The position numbers were made by a program, and so were the translations under genes. A stretch of 64,000 bases of DNA from Candidatus Heimdallarchaeota archaeon (GTDB lineage Archaea; Asgardarchaeota; Heimdallarchaeia; Hodarchaeales; Hodarchaeaceae), in assembly GCA_048881705.1 (NCBI GenBank), contig JBHLSH010000002.1, positions 82,109-146,108 of the forward strand, written 5' to 3'. The notes below the pieces were generated by a model. It ran no database searches, had not been told where the DNA came from, and saw nothing but the letters and a program-made list of their open reading frames with translations. Numbering within the stretch: position 1 is the first letter of the stretch; each line of letters starts with the position of its first letter. Below, one piece after another: positions 56,013-64,000 of this stretch.

Positions 56013-56792
56013 ATGCTAGAAGGTCTTACAGTAAGTATTGGGGTTTTTATCCTTGTTGGTCTTATCACCTTAGTGGGGGCACGATATACGGTGCATATTG
56101 ATTCTCCCCGTGCGCTGATCGGTGCGTATATCTTGTTTCTTACTCTTGCCCAGTTTTTTGCGGCGAAAATTGCTAGTTTTGACTTTGGATTTATAGCAGT
56201 AGTCGCGCCTGTTGGAGTAATTGTGTTTCCATTCACCCTCCAAATAACAGATATGGTAAACGAGAGATTTGGGCGGCAAAAAGTATATGAGATGATTTGG
56301 ATTGCATTAGCAAGTCAGATATGTATGGTTGCTCTTCTATTGCTAGCTACCATGTTACCTATGGCATTTCCAGATCCTGATCCCTTGACGAGTTTTGCCA
56401 TTGTTCCCTCGATTACGATGGCATCCTGGATAGCGTTCTTGGTCAGTGAACGCTTCGATGCATGGATTTATGACCTCATTAGGGGATGGATCGATTCTAC
56501 GCAAGAATGGTATAAGTACCTGTGGATAAGGAACGTGATCAGTGATATTCTAAGCCTAGCGTTAGATTCCATAATTTTTGTACCCTTGGCCTTTAATCTT
56601 CTCCCCACGGCGCTTGGAGCTGTTGACCCCGCGGCTTTAGACCTTGTTACTCCGTGGGATGTGATCATTACGTTGGTTATTGGCCAAATCATTGCGAAAT
56701 GGTTCCTAGGTTTAATTGACACTCCGTTTATGTACTTAACAAGATGGATTTACGAAATGTCACCCTCAAAAACCATCCACACTGACTCCTAA
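56013..56792 (+). CDS. Queuosine-precursor (preQ0/preQ1) transporter, YhhQ/VUT family
   Basis: GVIVFPFTLQITDMVNERFG, ASWIAFLVSERFD and LWIRNVIS..DSIIFVPLAF motifs. Confidence 0.88.
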   Translation: MLEGLTVSIGVFILVGLITLVGARYTVHIDSPRALIGAYILFLTLAQFFAAKIASFDFGFIAVVAPVGVIVFPFTLQITDMVNERFGRQKVYEMIWIALASQICMVALLLLATMLPMAFPDPDPLTSFAIVPSITMASWIAFLVSERFDAWIYDLIRGWIDSTQEWYKYLWIRNVISDILSLALDSIIFVPLAFNLLPTALGAVDPAALDLVTPWDVIITLVIGQIIAKWFLGLIDTPFMYLTRWIYEMSPSKTIHTDS

Positions 56793-56801
56793 CTTTGGAC
56801 T

Positions 56802-58961
56802 CTAGATCAATTTTTCTGCCAATCTTTCGAGGATCGTTTCTACTGGTAAAAGCGTGCCGTTCAAGTAGACGTGTGGGTAATGTAAGGAGTAATGATGTAA
56901 TCCCACTCCAAATTGGACAACCAATCTATCTTCCTTTCTGATATCTCGCTGTAATGGCAACTTGCTAATTTCAGCTATTTTTTCCTCTATTTCTCGTTCA
57001 ATTATTGGGAGGAGTCCCGACCAGGAAATTTCTATTGGTTCGTGTCTACGTTGTTTACAAACAAAAATGGCATCAAACTCAATACTTGATTTCCCCCTAA
57101 TTTGGGTTGACGTCTTCATTTCAGACCATACTGGATATACTGCTACGATATAAAAGCCATTTTCCAAAATACTTTGGGTCATTACTGCCCATGCCTCTAC
57201 CTTTTTATGATGGAAGGTGAAGATCATTAGACCTTCGGGTTTTAAAACTCGCCTAACTTCGTTAAATACCGAACTGAGTTCTTTCTGGAAATCCTGTGTC
57301 GTTTTTTTTCTGGTGATATTTGTTATGATCTCGGCCTTTTTGGGAGAAAAGGGTGGTTGGAACCAGGGGTAGGTCTTTTTTAGACCAAGGCGGAGCCAAA
57401 CGTAATAGAAATCGGCCAATTCGCCGTATTGAACATTGCCTGCGTATGGTGGATCTGTAATAACTAAATCAATTGTATCTGTGGGAACATCTAACTCTTG
57501 AGATGAAGAACAATAAAGTAACACAGAACTAGCATTTGAATCTGTTTCTTTTCGGCCGATATCTCGGTAAGAGGCAACGACATTTCCCTTAATGGGCCTC
57601 TTCATTACTCGTCGCTTCGATTCGCCCGATGCTGTAATGTAATATTCATAGGGGTTTTTACAATACTCTTTTATTCGAATGGTTTTTGCAAAAAAATTCC
57701 TAAATGTTCCAGTGCCGTAACGAGCTCCCCACACATTATTTTCAACAGGATTTAACGCATTTACATAGGCGTGTTTTCGATAGAGATTATAGATGTAGTG
57801 ATTCTTACGGTGATATTCACACAAAAGATTCTGATATTCTAGGGCAGTAGAAAACGTAAGCAAGAAAAATTCTCGGACGTTCTCGTCTGCGATCCGTAAA
57901 ATCGCGTCTAATAGCTTACCTAGAGATAGTAACTGCCGTTCATTGAACATCTCTGCAAACGTGTTGATGCCGTGGTTGTGTAGCTCTTTAGTTTTATCCC
58001 CTGGAGGGATTTCTTGAGACGGGATAGGGAGCATATTTTTCATGGCTGTCCATTCGGTTTTTGCTTTTTCAAACAGAAGTAGATCGGCGTTTCCTGCACG
58101 CTTATACCTACGTTTCATGCAGGAGGAGCAATAATATTCTATAGCATACAACCGCATACGCCTTTTCTGCGATAAATTTGCAGATACTATTCTGCTTGAA
58201 TGATTACAAGCTGGACATTGATAAAAACCACGTCTCGCGGTGAACTCGGTAGGATCGAAATTTTTTGCACAGTCGGGACATTCGATTTGTGCTATGGCAT
58301 CAGATGTAAAAACCTGTTCACATTTGGGACAAATAACGTATATTGACGATTTCTTTTTATCGTAGGCGAAGATGTAACTGCGAAACAAGGCAATCTCTGC
58401 TTTGCAGCTTTCGCAGTTGATTTCTTTTATCCAGAAATAATACATAACGTCAGCATCGAGAGAACAGACATCACAGGACGTCTTGTAGTATTCCAGCAAC
58501 TGATCTCTTAGAGCTGACGATAGCTTTTGAAATTCTGCTTCAAGAATACTTAAATCAACAGAATCCATGCTTTTTTTTACAGTAAACCATGCTACAGGGT
58601 TTAAATCACCTCCAATGACTTTACCAAATCCTAAACGAACTGCCTCAAGGATAGTGGTGCCCCCTCCCATAAAAGGATCCAGAACAGATAATTCGGAAAA
58701 ATTATATTCTTTTAGATATGCCTGCCAGAAATCTTTTTCACTCCCAGGCAGATGTTGCCCAGATAGATTGGTTCCGCTGTAGATCAGGATCGCCCTGAAG
58801 ACGGAACCTAAACGGCGGGCAAACCATTTATGCAGCGTTAGGACTGGTCTGTAATATCGTTTCGCGTTACTTTCCCTGTAGGCTAGCTTGCTTACTAATG
58901 TATAAGGAAAAAACTGCTCAATTGTTTTTTCAATTGAATGAGAGGGAGGACTATCTGCCAT
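56802..58961 (-). CDS. DUF1156 / Zn-ribbon-containing amino-DNA methyltransferase (copy A)
   Basis: HKWFARR, LDPFMGGGT, GDLNPVAW, six CxxC pairs, VITDPPY, FTFHH. Confidence 0.9.
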   Translation of the reverse strand: MADSPPSHSIEKTIEQFFPYTLVSKLAYRESNAKRYYRPVLTLHKWFARRLGSVFRAILIYSGTNLSGQHLPGSEKDFWQAYLKEYNFSELSVLDPFMGGGTTILEAVRLGFGKVIGGDLNPVAWFTVKKSMDSVDLSILEAEFQKLSSALRDQLLEYYKTSCDVCSLDADVMYYFWIKEINCESCKAEIALFRSYIFAYDKKKSSIYVICPKCEQVFTSDAIAQIECPDCAKNFDPTEFTARRGFYQCPACNHSSRIVSANLSQKRRMRLYAIEYYCSSCMKRRYKRAGNADLLLFEKAKTEWTAMKNMLPIPSQEIPPGDKTKELHNHGINTFAEMFNERQLLSLGKLLDAILRIADENVREFFLLTFSTALEYQNLLCEYHRKNHYIYNLYRKHAYVNALNPVENNVWGARYGTGTFRNFFAKTIRIKEYCKNPYEYYITASGESKRRVMKRPIKGNVVASYRDIGRKETDSNASSVLLYCSSSQELDVPTDTIDLVITDPPYAGNVQYGELADFYYVWLRLGLKKTYPWFQPPFSPKKAEIITNITRKKTTQDFQKELSSVFNEVRRVLKPEGLMIFTFHHKKVEAWAVMTQSILENGFYIVAVYPVWSEMKTSTQIRGKSSIEFDAIFVCKQRRHEPIEISWSGLLPIIEREIEEKIAEISKLPLQRDIRKEDRLVVQFGVGLHHYSLHYPHVYLNGTLLPVETILERLAEKLI

Positions 58962-59004
58962 ACTGTGCTCACACAGTTGAATTGGTCAAAGGTTAAATTA
59001 AGAC

Positions 59005-59012
59005 TTTATAAA
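59005..59012 (-). promoter_or_regulatory. Possible archaeal TATA box (TTTATAAA) for MTase copy A
   Basis: Consensus-like box about 45 bp upstream of ATG 58961. Confidence 0.35.
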
Positions 59013-59027
59013 CTGAGAATAATTTTC

Positions 59028-60032
59028 TCAGGAAGTCGGAATGTGAATTCCAAATGCTAATACCGGCAAATAAATAAGGGCAGCAAATACTGCTGATACA
59101 GGAGTGGTTATCACCCAGCTTAATCCGATTTCTTTCAGTGAATCCCTATCAACTTTCTCTTTATTCACAAAACCAACGCCAATGAAGGCTGCAACTAAAA
59201 TGTGGGATCCTGATAAGGGTATCCCCATCAATGTCCCAAAAAACATTATGAAGCTTACTGAAATCGATGCTGATAGAGCGGATGTTGGAGAAAGTGCAAC
59301 TACATCAGAGGAAAGCTTTTTCACTACCCTCCTCCCAATCAATATGACCCCTAAACACATGCCCAATCCTCCCGCGAATAAGGCTGGGAAAGGATCCGCG
59401 ATGAACTCCTCTATGGCCATTAAAGGTCCAATAGCCTTGGCTACGTCGTTTCCAGCGCGACTGAAAACGGAAACCAGAAGAAAGACGGCCAAAGCATAAG
59501 AGGCCATTTTTTCTTGACGTTCATAATCTGAATACCCCTTCGTTTTGATACGACTCCTACCTTTCATTATAAGCCAGTAAAAAACGAACCCACCAATTAA
59601 ACCAAGTAAGGGAGAAATAATCCAGCTCATAGCTACCCAGAACAATGTCCCATAATTTAGGCCACTAAATCCCCCTCCTGGTGCAAGTAGAACAACCCCA
59701 ATCACGGATCCTACTACACTTTGTGTTGTACTGATGGGAACACCTTTGATTGATACGATAAACAACCAGATAGCCATAGAAATGAGTATTACAAACACCA
59801 TTTCCAAGGTTAAAGTAAAAGTGGCGAATTTATTGCCAACAGTTTTTGACACAGATTGGCCTAAGATGAAGACCCCAAATAGATTAAATATCCCCCCAAG
59901 TAATACCGCCAAACTCAATGTCAATAAACCTGCACCAACTGCGGGTGTCATTGTTTCATCATTGGCGCCGATCGCAATGGCGACAACAAATCCGAGTACG
60001 AGCGAACCATATAGGATGATTGGATCAGTCAT
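59028..60032 (-). CDS. pit: PiT family inorganic phosphate transporter
   Basis: IGAND, GVPISTTQSVVG, GNDVAKAIGP, GIPLSGSH. Confidence 0.88.
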   Translation of the reverse strand: MTDPIILYGSLVLGFVVAIAIGANDETMTPAVGAGLLTLSLAVLLGGIFNLFGVFILGQSVSKTVGNKFATFTLTLEMVFVILISMAIWLFIVSIKGVPISTTQSVVGSVIGVVLLAPGGGFSGLNYGTLFWVAMSWIISPLLGLIGGFVFYWLIMKGRSRIKTKGYSDYERQEKMASYALAVFLLVSVFSRAGNDVAKAIGPLMAIEEFIADPFPALFAGGLGMCLGVILIGRRVVKKLSSDVVALSPTSALSASISVSFIMFFGTLMGIPLSGSHILVAAFIGVGFVNKEKVDRDSLKEIGLSWVITTPVSAVFAALIYLPVLAFGIHIPTS

Positions 60033-60066
60033 GGAAATTCCACTGAAGTTTGGTTAGAAGATGAAA

Positions 60067-60720
60067 CTAGGAATGCTTGACAATAAGAACCTTGAGATAG
60101 TCTGTTCCTTCCTCAGCTTCAATGGTGATGCGGGTTGAGGCATTTAGGAGTCGGGCTGTACCCCTGGGTAAACGATCATTTACAGCATTTTCTAAAACTA
60201 TATAATAAAGATCTCGTACTTCGTCCCTAATTTCTTCTACCTGCCGAGAGAGACGAGCAGCCTCATCATAGTCCTCAAGAAACGCCTTGTTTGCGCTTAT
60301 AAATAGATTTATTACTACTGAAGTCTTTTCTAAAATCAGATCAAATTCTTTGGGAAAATAAGTTTCGTCAATTTTCTTCAGACACAAAATCCTGACTGCG
60401 CGCTCAATTCTTCCCAACAGTTTGTCAACATTAAGCATCATAAGATGGCGTTCCTCTCGAATCTGAGGGAGATAAGCCTGTTTTCGAAAAATCGATTCGA
60501 AAAAAATATCTTTTACTTTATCGCCTTCCTTTTCAAATTGAATAATCTCATCTCGAAGTGAAAGTCCCGTATCGAAGTTTTGGGTGCGCCAGGCCTTAAT
60601 AGCCTCCACATACTTTCCGTATGCTACCTTGACAGCATCCAACATTTGAAAGAATAGCTCCTCAACAACTTTCTGGATCTTTTTGTCTTTTATTACGTGA
60701 CCAAAATATTCGCCGGACAT
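60067..60720 (-). CDS. DUF47 (PhoU-like) phosphate transport regulator
   Basis: EKEGDKVK..IFES and VEEIRDEV helical repeats; directly upstream of pit, the usual DUF47-PiT pairing. Confidence 0.82.
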   Translation of the reverse strand: MSGEYFGHVIKDKKIQKVVEELFFQMLDAVKVAYGKYVEAIKAWRTQNFDTGLSLRDEIIQFEKEGDKVKDIFFESIFRKQAYLPQIREERHLMMLNVDKLLGRIERAVRILCLKKIDETYFPKEFDLILEKTSVVINLFISANKAFLEDYDEAARLSRQVEEIRDEVRDLYYIVLENAVNDRLPRGTARLLNASTRITIEAEEGTDYLKVLIVKHS

Positions 60721-60759
60721 TTTTTAGCTCACCGTGAGTTGTTTTCTTTCTAACGCCTA

Positions 60760-60767
60760 GTATAAAA
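60760..60767 (-). promoter_or_regulatory. Possible TATA box (TTTTATAC) for DUF47-pit
   Basis: About 40 bp upstream of ATG 60720. Confidence 0.3.
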
Positions 60768-60790
60768 GGTAGTTTCGACTTCTTTTGAAG

Positions 60791-62965
60791 TTATGTCATT
60801 GAGAACAATATTGCCATGAGGTTTTCTAGCAGCACTGAAGCTTGGTTAAGGTTCTCAGTTCTATCTTTGGAGTAATACGCAGAAATAAGAGGCAATAATT
60901 TAGCGAATTTGACCTCATTATCAATTTTTGAAACCGTTACGTCTGTTATCTGAGAATAATCTTCAACGTCAGTATCTAGCTTTCGATTCAGCTCCTTAAA
61001 CGAAAGATTAACAATATTTTTTGACTTAGAGGAAACTTTGCGGCATACCAGAATAAAATCACGATTTAAGCCTTTGACGGGGCGTGCTCCAAATTCACTA
61101 CGTACGGGTAAGGCAGCAGTGACTTGAAATTCACTTTTGGCTAGAGTAAACAGAATTATATTCCACCCGCTACTTGTGGCATGATGAAAGGTGAATACCA
61201 ATGGTGCTTCGTTTTTCAAGACGCGATGACATTCCTTAAAGATCCTGAAAAGTCCCGTCTGGAAGTTTTGATGACTTTTTTGGGAGCCTAGGTCTTGGTC
61301 GCTTTGAATAAGGTCTGATCGAAATCCAGGATAATCCGAAGAGGATAGTAATTGTTTTAACCAGACATAAAAGAAATTAGAGATTTCTGAATACTGAATA
61401 TAATCCAGATACGGGGGATCCGTTAAGATAAAATCAATAGATTCGCTGGGAATAGATTTCATCAGTTTCTCTGAACTTCCACACTGTAGCAGCACATCAC
61501 TAGCCTGGCTTGCGACGAGACGGGAGAATGAAGCTACCTGTTTCGCCTTGATGGAGTCCCCATCAATAGGAATACGGACTTTCGAGCCATTTTGAACTGA
61601 AACTTCGAATGGTGCTTCACAGTATGCTTTGGCTTTTCTAATCCGATCCAGGTACGTTAGGAAAGTGCCATTACCCTTCTTACCTCCCCACACATTGTTC
61701 TCTACGAACATTGTAGGTACAAGAAAAGTCTGATAATTGAAAACATTGACAATCTGCTTCATAGTATAGTTATAGGGACATAAAACTGTGTGAAATTCCA
61801 AGCTGCTTGAGAATGCAGCTGCAAAATACTCCTTATGGTTTTGGTCAGGAATTTGAGCTATAGACTTTAGAAGAAGGCCTAGACATAAGAGCTGGCGCGA
61901 GTTAAACAAGTCAGTAAAACAATCAAATCCATAATTTCGAAGATTACTCGTTGTAGAAGCGTCCGGAATTCTCTCTCTTGGAAAGGGCAATTCATCGGCG
62001 CGCTGGTCGAACTCGGATTTAGTACGGTTATATCTGTATATATCCTCGTTGGCGACTGGTTTATAATCACGAGTTCCACATCGATTACAGAAATACTCAA
62101 TAGCGACTTGTCGAGCCCCCCATTTGTACTGAAGTATTTTAAGAACATCAAGCAATCGAAAAGATTGATTACAACTAGTGCAGGTGAACTCTTTTTTACG
62201 ACAGTTTCCATCGATAGGAATGAACGCAAATCCACATCTTGGACATGATATAGTGCTTGTAACAGGTGATTTGGAATAAAATAGGTGATCGCAATCTGGA
62301 CAAATCACCATGGTTTCGGAGCTTTTTCTCTGTTTTTTTCCAATAATATAATACTTGAAGAGATCTTCGTATGAATGGCACGAAGGACATTGAATGGTTC
62401 TGACCCAAAAAGTATACATAATATCTGCCGTTTCATCTTGGCATTGAGGGCACTGAGTTTGATAATACGTTTTAAGCTTGATACCAATCCCTTGATTCAG
62501 CCCCTCAGCTATCTGGTTAAATTTGGCCAGGTTAAACGGGTCAAATTCCTTTCTTGTCGTAAAAAGGGCGATTGGATTTATATCAAATCCAATGGTCTTT
62601 AACCCTAGACGATGAAGCTCAACTAAACTCGTACCTCCCCCGCAAAAAGGGTCCAAAGCAATTTTATTTTTATAATCGTGGTTTTCATAGTACGCACCCG
62701 TACCAGGAATATTTGAATCAAAAAGAGGAGAATGAGAAAAGTGGGCCAGCCCGATAGCCCTACATGTACTTCCTGGTCGGCGTGCCCAACTTTTGTGTAT
62801 TGAATATATTGGCCGATAAAACTGTCTTCGTTGCGATTCAATTTCTGCTAGTGTAGATACATGTTCGAGCGGAAAACGACTTTCTAGGGTCACATTGTTC
62901 TCCTTTAAGGTTCCGGTTTTATTTGTAACGAGAGAGTTCCGTGATAAGTACAGAATGGAGACCAT
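60791..62965 (-). CDS. DUF1156 / Zn-ribbon-containing amino-DNA methyltransferase (copy B); true start probably about 25 codons in
   Basis: HKSWARR, LDPFCGGGT, FDINPIA, six CxxC pairs, ILTDPPY, FTFHH. Confidence 0.9.
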   Translation of the reverse strand: MVSILYLSRNSLVTNKTGTLKENNVTLESRFPLEHVSTLAEIESQRRQFYRPIYSIHKSWARRPGSTCRAIGLAHFSHSPLFDSNIPGTGAYYENHDYKNKIALDPFCGGGTSLVELHRLGLKTIGFDINPIALFTTRKEFDPFNLAKFNQIAEGLNQGIGIKLKTYYQTQCPQCQDETADIMYTFWVRTIQCPSCHSYEDLFKYYIIGKKQRKSSETMVICPDCDHLFYSKSPVTSTISCPRCGFAFIPIDGNCRKKEFTCTSCNQSFRLLDVLKILQYKWGARQVAIEYFCNRCGTRDYKPVANEDIYRYNRTKSEFDQRADELPFPRERIPDASTTSNLRNYGFDCFTDLFNSRQLLCLGLLLKSIAQIPDQNHKEYFAAAFSSSLEFHTVLCPYNYTMKQIVNVFNYQTFLVPTMFVENNVWGGKKGNGTFLTYLDRIRKAKAYCEAPFEVSVQNGSKVRIPIDGDSIKAKQVASFSRLVASQASDVLLQCGSSEKLMKSIPSESIDFILTDPPYLDYIQYSEISNFFYVWLKQLLSSSDYPGFRSDLIQSDQDLGSQKSHQNFQTGLFRIFKECHRVLKNEAPLVFTFHHATSSGWNIILFTLAKSEFQVTAALPVRSEFGARPVKGLNRDFILVCRKVSSKSKNIVNLSFKELNRKLDTDVEDYSQITDVTVSKIDNEVKFAKLLPLISAYYSKDRTENLNQASVLLENLMAILFSMT

Positions 62966-63998
62966 CCACGAATTTAGAATCCAGACCTAGGGTCTCTGCG
63001 ATTATTAGGTCAATCTGGTATAGGGGATTGATTGGATCCTTCTGAATGGACTTAAGGATTTTCAAGAAGGTGGGTCTCTTTTTGACAGGATTTTGAGAGA
63101 CAAGTTGTACCAATTCCCTTAAATTCTTTTTCTTTGCTAAAGGAACGTTAGAAAAATCTACATGGCGAAAGAATTCCATGTCTGGGCCAAGAATCTGTCC
63201 ATAGTTTCCACTAATTGGTCTCCACACCGCTAGAATATTAAAAATTCCAAAGCTACTCGTTAAATAGCAAAAATACCAGAAAGACTCTTGCGGATCCATG
63301 TTAATGCTCATAAAACCATCCCCTACGTGCAATGGTTTATGTGAATAGAAAGCGATTGTTTTTGTTGTACTCCATCCAATTTTCTGTGGTATGGCTAGAT
63401 GAGTTTCTCGCTCTATCGGCGGATATAGGCTAATAGAATGAACTCTAGGGTTGAGACCATTTGATTTCAACCAATCACCGAAGATAATACTGGATTGATT
63501 CACTCTGATATAATAGGTTTGAGGGGCTCCTTCAGGTATCAGATTAGGATATTCAGCCATTTCATTATATCTTTTCATTGAGCGTACGATATCTGTCTGA
63601 GGAAATCTGAATCGTCTTTGCCCCCCTTTCCTGGTCTGAATATTAATGTGAGTCGGTGTTATTGAAACGATTTCCCAGATTTTATTTGGCAGGCTATAGA
63701 GCCGGACTGGCGCTACCCGATTTCCTCGAATGATTTCTGCTCGGTCAGTGACGGGACTAGTTTTCGTTTTGATCGTGCGCCATAAACGTACAAAATCGTA
63801 TGATCGAAAAAACACAGTCCAACGATTAACATAGAACTCTCTTTTCGAAACTGAAAGCAAACGAAAATCCTGAAAATCACCATCGGAAACGGTATATTTT
63901 ATGGTGTTTGCCAAATCATCGATTTCATCCAAGGATTTGGCAGTAAGAGATTCCTGGAGAATAATTATTTTGATTGGCCCATCGTAGTTCTTCCTTGC
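62919..63998 (-). CDS. C-terminal (TRD-like) part of a probable Eco57I/type IIG-like DNA methyltransferase; 5' end outside the window
   Basis: The frame stays open from the track's TTG at 63932 to the window end. YFCYLTSSFG..ISGNYGQIL..IDLIIAETLGL resembles TaqI-C-type TRD ends. Catalytic motifs are not visible. Confidence 0.5.
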   Translation of the reverse strand, partial: ARKNYDGPIKIIILQESLTAKSLDEIDDLANTIKYTVSDGDFQDFRLLSVSKREFYVNRWTVFFRSYDFVRLWRTIKTKTSPVTDRAEIIRGNRVAPVRLYSLPNKIWEIVSITPTHINIQTRKGGQRRFRFPQTDIVRSMKRYNEMAEYPNLIPEGAPQTYYIRVNQSSIIFGDWLKSNGLNPRVHSISLYPPIERETHLAIPQKIGWSTTKTIAFYSHKPLHVGDGFMSINMDPQESFWYFCYLTSSFGIFNILAVWRPISGNYGQILGPDMEFFRHVDFSNVPLAKKKNLRELVQLVSQNPVKKRPTFLKILKSIQKDPINPLYQIDLIIAETLGLDSKFVDGLHSVLITELSRYK

Positions 63999-64000
63999 GA

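Noticed and set aside
49-62841. Numerous 60-160 aa ORFs overlapping or antisense to long genes (e.g. 83-379, 1830-2144, 17984-18469, 30129-30548, 39891-40292, 59104-59499)
   Set aside because: Shadow frames of well-supported genes with no independent motifs.
1-64000. Insertion sequences, prophage or integrase
   Set aside because: No transposase, integrase or viral structural motifs and no terminal inverted repeats with target duplications were recognised.

Overview
Archaeal chromosomal window, most likely from an Asgard archaeon. This is inferred from ether-lipid enzymes (GGR, a DGGGP-synthase-like UbiA), a MoeA-PBP fusion, two-CxxC-type ferredoxin and DUF1156 methylase genes, and three proteins with longin/uDENN-like modules. 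It is densely coding. I found no rRNA, tRNA, CRISPR array or transposase. From left to right: molybdopterin cluster (moeA-PBP, truncated by the window start, then moaC, moaB, moaE); ferredoxin; a carboxylate-amine ligase / malQ / gamma-glutamylcyclotransferase run; a 4328-aa surface protein (4x DUF2341+LamG, about 21 Ig-like repeats with a recent 846-bp internal duplication, one TM helix and a cytoplasmic uDENN/longin-like tail); GPH-family MFS; membrane-anchored CocE hydrolase; atypical receiver; tocopherol-cyclase-like, YbjN and M42 peptidase genes; heterodimeric ABC exporter; uvrA; histidine kinase; GGR; ICMT-family methyltransferase; orphan N6-adenine MTase; tandem-longin-like protein; a 56-aa zinc-finger ORF missing from the track; YbaK, GNAT, NIF3 and an EndoIII-like gene; a possible membrane-lipid modification cluster (membrane protein, UbiA, flavoprotein, 1218-aa DUF362 fusion) flanking a 7TM-longin protein; YhhQ; and two DUF1156 MTases flanking DUF47-PiT, followed by a probable third MTase cut by the window end. 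The strongest candidates for new biology are membrane proteins with cytoplasmic longin/uDENN tails, the DUF362/NPP1-like membrane fusion, and the nuclease-free MTase cluster. All domain calls come from motif reading, not database searches.
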